This document shows, in pieces, positions 28,085 through 34,693 of a DNA stretch of 34,693 nt. Where the stretch lies: the NCBI GenBank assembly GCA_050014495.1, contig JBEKDF010000028.1:1-34693 (forward strand), written 5' to 3'. Source of the DNA: Candidatus Bathyarchaeia archaeon. GTDB lineage: Archaea; Thermoproteota; Bathyarchaeia; TCS64. Both the position numbers and the translations under genes were made by a program. The notes below the pieces were generated by a model. The model worked only from the letters and a program-made list of their open reading frames with translations, did not search any database and had not been told where the DNA came from. Positions within the stretch are counted from its first letter, which is position 1; each line of letters opens with the position of its first letter.

Positions 28085-29089
28085 TTATTTCGTACCCGAT
28101 TCTAGAAACACTAAACTTTCTACAGTTGCATCGAGCCTAGCCATCACACCAATAGGGATTGTAGCCATCGGGTTGGTATGTCCGAAATCGACGCCTGACA
28201 CCATGGGGAACTCGTAGCCTTCCAGAGTGTCTTTTAGGATCATATCCAACGAATCGTTGTCCTTTAGACCCGTTACTGAAGGGATGCGCCCAATCATCAG
28301 TGCCTCGACATCTTGTAGTGCACCGGTTTGCTCTAACTGTCTGAATTTCCTCGCGATATTCCCCGTCGGTCCACCCTCTTCATCCTCCTCGACCATGAGT
28401 ATTTTATCGTGGAGGTTTGGCCAGTAAGGGGTGCCAGCGAGGGAGAGGAGTGTGCCGAGGTGGCCACCGATGAGTCTTCCCTTAGCGATGCCGCCATGGT
28501 GAGTTGTCCAGCCTGGATTATTAACTTCTCGCGGGGTTTCTTCGGGATGTAGGAAGTAATATGGGTCGTCAACATAAGTGGGGGAAGCGGTAATCTTCCT
28601 AGGAGCGTTAGCCCTCATAATCATCTGTTTGAATTCCTCGACCTCCCAGGGCATGAGGTGAGGGTGTGTGAATGTCACGAAAGCGGGTCCTTGGAAGTTT
28701 ATGAGTCCAGCCCTCTCTAGGAGGACCGCATTAAGAGTCGTTATATCGCTGTAGCCGATGAAAACTTTTGCGTTTCTGCGTATCTCAGCGTAGTCGAGGT
28801 AGCCAAGGATGTCGCTTGAGCTCCATCCACCCCAGACGGTCATAACACCGTCTACGGTAGAATCATTGAAGGCATTCATGAGATCTTCTGCTCTCTCTCG
28901 AGGCGTACCTGAGGCATGGCCGTAGCGACGGCAAACATGGGTGCTTAATTCGACGCGTAGTCCCAACTTCTCGAGGTTCTCAATGCCACGACTGACGGCT
29001 GTCTTATCAAGGGCATCCATACTGCTGGCCGGCGCAATAATTCGAAGGGTGTCACCCTCCGTTAGATGCCTCGGCTTGACTAGATCCAT
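28085..29089 (-). CDS. S66-family peptidase (LD-carboxypeptidase/MccF-like)
   Basis: IIAPAS, RAEDL, GG, GYSDIT (Ser), GP, GG-x-L, EE (Glu), DFGH (His). Confidence 0.9.
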   Translation of the reverse strand: MDLVKPRHLTEGDTLRIIAPASSMDALDKTAVSRGIENLEKLGLRVELSTHVCRRYGHASGTPRERAEDLMNAFNDSTVDGVMTVWGGWSSSDILGYLDYAEIRRNAKVFIGYSDITTLNAVLLERAGLINFQGPAFVTFTHPHLMPWEVEEFKQMIMRANAPRKITASPTYVDDPYYFLHPEETPREVNNPGWTTHHGGIAKGRLIGGHLGTLLSLAGTPYWPNLHDKILMVEEDEEGGPTGNIARKFRQLEQTGALQDVEALMIGRIPSVTGLKDNDSLDMILKDTLEGYEFPMVSGVDFGHTNPMATIPIGVMARLDATVESLVFLESGTK

Positions 29090-29892
29090 GACAGTGAGTT
29101 AAGACCTTCAGTAATTAAATGGTTAGGAATGACTTTACGAGCGGTGGTGAGGTAACCCGAGTGCCCGATCATGAGGGTCTCGGGACGCGTCTTGTTCTCG
29201 GCGACCGTTATCCTGCGGAGGATGAGCTCGACAGTATCCACCTCTATGAAGGGTTTAGACTCAAGGGTGTAAACAGTTTTCATTACCTGCTCTATTGTGG
29301 GACTAAAGCTGAGAAATATCCCACTACCCGATAGAGCATCCCAGGCGTGATCGATGACCAGCCATGGTGTTGCCATATCAAGGACGACGGCATCGACGTC
29401 CCTCTCGGTGATCCCAAGTGTCACATCCCCGAGCTTCATCTCCACGATTGATCGTAGGCCCGACCGATCGATGTTCCCAGCAGCAATGTGCTGGCTTCTC
29501 TCGTCGATCTCGTATGTGTAGACTCTCCCATCTGGTTCGACTGCGTTTGCGAGAGACATGGTTAAAGCTCCACTGCCCGTTCCAGCCTCAACAACCGTAG
29601 AGCCATTTCCGATCCCAAGCTGGTAAAGGATGTACCCTATATCCTTCGGGTAGAGAACCTGAGTTCTCCTGTCAGTTTTCATTACCCTGTCCTTAATTAG
29701 TGGTCGAAGTGCATAGAAGCTGATGCCGAGGCTACTGACAATAGTTGAGCCATATGGCTTCCCTATGAGGTCGTCGAGTTGTATGAAACCCTTATGTGTG
29801 TGAAACTGCTCCCCATGTTTAACATTGATCTGATAGGTCCTCTCTTTATCGAGATAGAGGAGTACATCATTTCCCTCAGCTATGGTCTTCAC
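29080..29892 (-). CDS. trmI: tRNA (adenine-N1)-methyltransferase
   Basis: THKG, RRTQVLYPKD, EAGTGSGALT, LDMATPW, PTIEQV, RP...HSGYL. Confidence 0.94.
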   Translation of the reverse strand: MKTIAEGNDVLLYLDKERTYQINVKHGEQFHTHKGFIQLDDLIGKPYGSTIVSSLGISFYALRPLIKDRVMKTDRRTQVLYPKDIGYILYQLGIGNGSTVVEAGTGSGALTMSLANAVEPDGRVYTYEIDERSQHIAAGNIDRSGLRSIVEMKLGDVTLGITERDVDAVVLDMATPWLVIDHAWDALSGSGIFLSFSPTIEQVMKTVYTLESKPFIEVDTVELILRRITVAENKTRPETLMIGHSGYLTTARKVIPNHLITEGLNSLSWI

Positions 29893-29974
29893 GGCGAAGC
29901 ATGGTATCCTCGCGGAATAAAACCTTCACCTCAGGAAGCAGAGTTTTTAGCTTCGTGGAGCGAAGCTCCAGCCC

Positions 29975-30349
29975 ATGAAGAATCTGGATAAATATAACAA
30001 GTTTAGAAAGGATATGAACGAACGAATACTCAATTGCGGCCACCTCGGCCTGAAGAGGTTCTGGGCCTTAGATAGCCGAGCGTACGAGAAAGGAGCTCTA
30101 GATGAAAAGACATTGGAGTTGCTCGGTCTAACCACGAGTATGGTGCTTAGATGTGATGACTGTGTAACCTACCATATAATCAGGTGCATCCAGCTTGGAA
30201 TAACCGACAAGGAACTCTGTGACGCTCTCAATGTCTGTGTTATAGTCGGTGGCTCCATCACAGTACCACACATAAGGCGAGCTTTCGAGACCATCGACAT
30301 CTGCAGGAATATGGAGAAGAACGACCCAGGACTAAAGAGTCTCCTTTAA
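29975..30349 (+). CDS. Carboxymuconolactone decarboxylase/AhpD-family protein
   Basis: GALDEKTLELLGL...LRCDDCVTYH, VGGSI. Confidence 0.88.
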   Translation: MKNLDKYNKFRKDMNERILNCGHLGLKRFWALDSRAYEKGALDEKTLELLGLTTSMVLRCDDCVTYHIIRCIQLGITDKELCDALNVCVIVGGSITVPHIRRAFETIDICRNMEKNDPGLKSLL

Positions 30350-30674
30350 TATTTTGACACCGCGCGGTTTGGTTTACTCAATCACCCGTAAGCTGCTAAC
30401 TATAACTTACCGGAAATCGGAAATCAATACATCACGCGCACGAATGTGTCCATATTTTACGGTGAGACTATTACTGGTACCTTATGGAATGGTGCTTCCC
30501 CGATGAATTCATTTCAACAAATGTATCACTTGAGGCACTCAACACATATACCGAAACCGTAGAGCATCGCACGTTTGAAATCCTTATGCCTAGCTTGAAT
30601 TTATCCACTTAGCACAGCTTTGTCCAATCTTTAGTGCAATGATTGTACGCAACACAGGTAAATAGCTCTTAATA

Positions 30675-30733
30675 TAAAATTATTCTATTAATAAACGTAA
30701 TATTTACTAAATAAAACTTAAATATTCTATTAA
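30675..30733. promoter_or_regulatory. Three phased AT-rich semi-palindromes, candidate Lrp autoregulatory sites
   Basis: TAAAATTATTCTA, GTAATATTTAC and CTTAAATATTCTA centred at 30681, 30702 and 30723. Confidence 0.45.
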
Positions 30734-30748
30734 CTTCGTATTTTTTCA

Positions 30749-31237
30749 ATGTCTGCTGTTACCCTCGATGAAAAGGATAAAGAGATTCTGAAGATGCTCA
30801 TCGAAGACGCAAAGGTGTCAGCTAAGGATATCAGCGCTAGAATAGACTCACCAATCACCACTGTCTACAGTAGAATAAAGAAACTGGAAGACTCTAGAGT
30901 CATAAAAGGCTACAAACCTATTCTCGATGCAGGAAAGTTGGGTAGGCCTACAACTGCTTTCATCTTCGTGAGTTTCACATATCGACCCCCCGGGACAGAG
31001 AAGGACCTAGATCAAAGAGAGGTCGCCAAGAGGGTGGCGAGGTTTCCCGAGGTTCAAGAAGTCCATATCATCACAGGGGACTGGGACTTCCTCATCAAGG
31101 TTAAGGAAAAAGACGTTAACGCGGTAGGTCAGTTCGTAGTCGACAAGCTTAGGACAGTCCCTGGAATATCCAAGACATTAACGATAATGGTCTTCGACCC
31201 CGTCAAGGAGTCTATGGACGTCCCATTAGAGCCTTAA
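30749..31237 (+). CDS. Lrp/AsnC-family transcriptional regulator
   Basis: LDEKDKEIL...TVYSRIKKLE...VIKGY, ITGDWD. Confidence 0.93.
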   Translation: MSAVTLDEKDKEILKMLIEDAKVSAKDISARIDSPITTVYSRIKKLEDSRVIKGYKPILDAGKLGRPTTAFIFVSFTYRPPGTEKDLDQREVAKRVARFPEVQEVHIITGDWDFLIKVKEKDVNAVGQFVVDKLRTVPGISKTLTIMVFDPVKESMDVPLEP

Positions 31238-31272
31238 CCTCTTATAACAAGTGGGAGCCACTTTACACATCG

Positions 31273-32436
31273 GTGGTCTTAGTTTTGGGTTCACGCTATA
31301 AGGAACTCGGTGTCGACGTAAAAAAACCTGGCGTGGAACAGTTTAGAAATGCTATTGATGACATCTACCCAGATGCATTCTGCGTCGTATACCGAGACCC
31401 TAGTGATGAATCTATGGGGCTCGTCCTTCACACCGATTCCGCTGGGACCAAACCAATCCAGGCATATCTAATGTATAGAGAGACCGGTGAAGCATCTTGG
31501 TTTAAGGGACTCGCTCAAGACGCACTCGCCATGAACATCAACGATATTCTCTGTGTAGGCGCAGAGCCAATGAGCTTTGTTGACTACGTCGCCTATAACC
31601 CAATAAATATTGACCGCATCGCGATGCTCGGTGCACTAGCAGAGGGCTTCAAAGAGTGTAAGACACTCCTTGCAGGCGAGGGTACTCCAATAATCTTTGC
31701 AGGGGGTGAGACAGCTGACCTCCCAGACCTTCTCAGGACCTTAGATGTTTGCGTCACTATCCATGGGCGTGTGCACCTGAACCGCGTAATTTCGGGAGAC
31801 GCGGTTAAGCCGGGAGATGTTATCATCGGGCTTAGAAGCGGTGGTAGGGCCCGCTTCGAGAAAAAAGCGAATAGTGGAATAATGAGCAATGGCCACACCC
31901 TCGCGAGGAGCTGCTTACTCTCACCGAGCTACCTTGAGAAGTATCCCGAGATATCTAATCAGAGAAAGGGAAGATACACCGGGAGGTTCAGACTCGATGA
32001 CACGCCACAGAGTCTCAGCGAATCAATAGGTGAGGCCCTACTACACCCTACGAGGCTATTCTCTCCAATCGCTTCGGCGATATTGAGGGACTCGGGTGAA
32101 GGCGTACATGGAATGGTCCATAATACCGGTGGAGGGCAGACTAAGTGCCTCCGAGTCGGTAAGAATGTGAGATATATCAAGGACAGTCTCCCCGACCCCG
32201 ACCCCATCTTCTCCCTAATCAAGAGCGAATCCGGCATCGAGTGGAAGGAGATGTACCAAGACTTTAACATGGGTGTCGGTTTTGAGATCACGATCGACCC
32301 TGATTACGTTGAGCGAGTCCTCCGCGTCTCGAAGAGTTTCAGCATCGATGCGCAGGTAATCGGGCGATGCGAACAATCTAGAGGAGAAAATGCTTTAGAG
32401 ATCAGGACGCCTAACGGCGTTTTCCATTATAACTAG
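31273..32436 (+). CDS. purM: AIR synthase (PurM-like) protein
   Basis: DSAGTK, AMNINDI-x-C-x-GA, GGETAD, SNGHTLAR, HNTGGG, FNMGVG. Confidence 0.8.
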   Translation: MVLVLGSRYKELGVDVKKPGVEQFRNAIDDIYPDAFCVVYRDPSDESMGLVLHTDSAGTKPIQAYLMYRETGEASWFKGLAQDALAMNINDILCVGAEPMSFVDYVAYNPINIDRIAMLGALAEGFKECKTLLAGEGTPIIFAGGETADLPDLLRTLDVCVTIHGRVHLNRVISGDAVKPGDVIIGLRSGGRARFEKKANSGIMSNGHTLARSCLLSPSYLEKYPEISNQRKGRYTGRFRLDDTPQSLSESIGEALLHPTRLFSPIASAILRDSGEGVHGMVHNTGGGQTKCLRVGKNVRYIKDSLPDPDPIFSLIKSESGIEWKEMYQDFNMGVGFEITIDPDYVERVLRVSKSFSIDAQVIGRCEQSRGENALEIRTPNGVFHYN

Positions 32437-32517
32437 AAATTTACTGTAAGTGAGAGTTTCTGTTTTTTCTTATAATTTTTAACTAATTAAGGTGAATGCG
32501 CGCTCGCATTGTAGCCC

Positions 32518-32922
32518 TTAGTTTTTTTGGCTTTTAAAGTATTTTTTCATGGGTTCCCAATAATAGTCTTTCCATCCCTGGCTAATGTCCTCCACTACTT
32601 CTTCAGGTACTCCCTCGTGGATCATGATCAGCTCCGTTCCACCCCTTATTTCCTTCAGAATTATTGCAAGTTTGGAAGGGGATGCCCCTTCTGGAAAATC
32701 CGAAGAAATCCATTCCTGTACGATTTTCTTACCCAGCTCAAGCTCAGTGTACTTGCCTGTTATATATCCGTCCCATGCTGTAAATTCGCCTCCAACCCTT
32801 GGATCTGAGGTAGCTGAGCTGCCAGTAAATTCTGTTTGCTTCTCCGCGTCGATGTACGCCTTGTAGACCTCTTCTGGCGTCGCGGGGATAATGACTGTTT
32901 GTGTAATCTTCACTGTCTTCAT
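32518..32922 (-). CDS. SRPBCC/AHSA1 (START-like) domain protein
   Basis: ATPEEVYKA, GGEF-x-x-WDG, IVQEW, GW-x-x-YYW. Confidence 0.88.
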   Translation of the reverse strand: MKTVKITQTVIIPATPEEVYKAYIDAEKQTEFTGSSATSDPRVGGEFTAWDGYITGKYTELELGKKIVQEWISSDFPEGASPSKLAIILKEIRGGTELIMIHEGVPEEVVEDISQGWKDYYWEPMKKYFKSQKN

Positions 32923-33021
32923 AATACTTCAACACCTTGAGATGTCCCAGGATAGCCCAATTCATTAATCTTGAGGACATCATGCGTGCGACTCGAAGAG
33001 TATTCCTGAATTAGTCTATTT

Positions 33022-33726
33022 TCATCCTTTAATTATTCTGAAGCGAGCCACTACCCCCGAACCAGAAACCTTCTCTCCCTCGAAGGCCACAGGGGACTTG
33101 AACCAAGCTGATAAGGCTGAGCCGGCCACACTCACAGGTAGGGAACCCATGGATGCTAAACACCTTGGACGGTTCTTTACCTGCCATAATAATTTCAGTT
33201 CTAATATGACACTTTCCCCATTTACCTTAACGATGATGGATTCAGCTGCCCCCAGTGCGTCTACAACAACTGACCTTAACAACTCCCTTACATCTCTCTC
33301 GCTACCCTTCATCGTAGTCTTTACTGCCACATAGCCCGGCGCAGGAAATACTAAGCCGCGACCCTCTAAATCCGCTTCAACAGCCTCCTTAAGTGAGCTC
33401 ACCTCGATGTTGAGATTATTCTGTTCAGCCCCGATAGCGACGTAAACGAGGGAGACTTCTTCATTTGGAGGCAAATAGATAGCCCTCGACTCCACACCCT
33501 TCTCCTTGAGAAGCTTCTCCACGCCCGTATAACTTCCTTCCACCATCGCCCTCAGACGTCGCTTTCCTGTAGCAAAGGTCGGTATCTGGATAATAATAGC
33601 CCCAACAATCATGCAGACCAGACCAATGATCGTAAACAGAACATTGTATAACCTATAATACGAGACTTCAGCAACCGCAACGCCGCCCACCAATAATGCG
33701 ACTCCGATCATGAGCAGTCTATTCAA
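33022..33726 (-). CDS. Hypothetical membrane protein (two N-terminal TM helices plus a soluble domain)
   Basis: 234-aa ORF with two hydrophobic segments, AIYLP and C-x-x-x-x-GS motifs. Confidence 0.7.
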   Translation of the reverse strand: MNRLLMIGVALLVGGVAVAEVSYYRLYNVLFTIIGLVCMIVGAIIIQIPTFATGKRRLRAMVEGSYTGVEKLLKEKGVESRAIYLPPNEEVSLVYVAIGAEQNNLNIEVSSLKEAVEADLEGRGLVFPAPGYVAVKTTMKGSERDVRELLRSVVVDALGAAESIIVKVNGESVILELKLLWQVKNRPRCLASMGSLPVSVAGSALSAWFKSPVAFEGEKVSGSGVVARFRIIKG

Positions 33727-34036
33727 CGACTATCAACCGCCATAAATACTGGTAACCAATAAAACCAATGCATCCCTCAAGTGAATACATAGACGAGATT
33801 CTCCTGATACCCTGCTTAGAGGATATTTAAAACTCCCTAAAACCATCAAATACATGAGTAACTCACGTGTATGAATAAGTCCAGTTATTTCTTCAAAATC
33901 CAATGTCTGGATTAGACGCAATGGCTCATAGGGATCCACCTGAACTTCAGCATCTCGGGTATCATAATACAAAATCAAAAAATCGAAAAGGGGATGGTAT
34001 ATTTAGTGGCGTCGATTGTATCCTTCGGAGATTAAT

Positions 34037-34519
34037 TTGTCTGAAAGAGTTAAAACTCTAAAAATATTTGCTGAGTTGGTCTTTGGTAGATTTGATGGCT
34101 CAGTGAAGGATCTGAAAGAGGTCGAGGCCGAGTGGAAACCAGTGGGTGAAGCAAATGACATCAAGTGGATTCTAACACACTTATCCCAACAATGGAATGT
34201 GGGCGTGACAAGGGCAGTGAAAGGTGATCCCAACTTTAAACCCGCCGGCTGGCCCGATGATTACGTCGGCAATAAGTCATTCTCGCTAGTCAAGATAATG
34301 AATGACCTTAAACAAGGCAAAGAAAATGTTTTGCAAAGTCTGGACAAGCTTAACCCAGCGGATCTGGATGTTGACGTTAACACGCCCCGTGGGGTTAGGA
34401 AGCGTGAGAATATGCTCATGATGTTACTGTCTGAGATACCTCACCATGAAGGGCAGATCGCCTACATTAGGGGCGCAGTCGGACGGAGAAGGCTGACTGA
34501 GCCTTCTTTCCTTGCTTAG
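34037..34519 (+). CDS. DinB/YfiT-family protein
   Basis: W-x-P...N-x-I-x-WILTH...HHEGQIAYIR; TTG 34037 follows GGAG. Confidence 0.82.
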   Translation: MSERVKTLKIFAELVFGRFDGSVKDLKEVEAEWKPVGEANDIKWILTHLSQQWNVGVTRAVKGDPNFKPAGWPDDYVGNKSFSLVKIMNDLKQGKENVLQSLDKLNPADLDVDVNTPRGVRKRENMLMMLLSEIPHHEGQIAYIRGAVGRRRLTEPSFLA

Positions 34520-34693
34520 TTGGTCTAACTTTCTGTTAGAAGTAGTGTCCGAGCTTTACATTATTTTGAAGTGCGCGCTGGCTTGTCCCTAAAATAGACA
34601 CCCCCAAATAACCCTCCAACAAAAGAGTAAAACCACCACATAAATGACTCAGCCACTCACTTACAGCAAAAACAAGCCCACACCCATCACAGC

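Noticed and set aside
33733..33978. 81-aa minus-strand ORF
   Set aside because: No recognisable motif, AT-rich, and contains a TATA-like TTTAAATA that is probably a promoter element; it cannot be fully excluded.
1..34693. CRISPR array, cas genes, rRNA, inteins, tRNA introns
   Set aside because: No regularly spaced repeats or such genes seen; RtcB has normal length; both tRNAs are uninterrupted.

Overview
Archaeal chromosomal window. Gene content (exosome superoperon, Dph5 with a C-terminal extension, RibK/RibL, TATA-type promoters) suggests a TACK archaeon, probably Bathyarchaeia; this is inference. Layout: (1) 1-8260 is an accessory block that starts with the 3' end of a probable DDE transposase, holds eight flavin/Fe-S oxidoreductase genes plus two HxlR regulators, and abuts the 3' end of initiator tRNA-Met. 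(2) 8267-24991 is a mostly housekeeping block: tRNA-iMet, rnp4, dph5, ribL, ribK, rtcB with a divergent HTH gene, amidohydrolase, membrane hydrolase, HD protein, psmA-SBDS-rrp4-rrp41-rrp42-rpl37ae-pcc1, rpiA, PrsW-like protease, tRNA-Ser(GCT), CBS protein. (3) 24994-34693 is mixed: frameshifted HAD and M42 genes, S66 peptidase, trmI, CMD, Lrp, PurM-like, SRPBCC, DinB. The main unexplained signals are a family of about 16 alternating purine-pyrimidine GCGCGC/GCGCAC tracts in AT-rich spacers around accessory genes (some with longer shared flanks), a roughly 120-nt highly structured orphan element at 27872-27994, and a symmetric divergent promoter between rtcB and an HTH gene. All calls come from reading the sequence by eye; no database searches were run.
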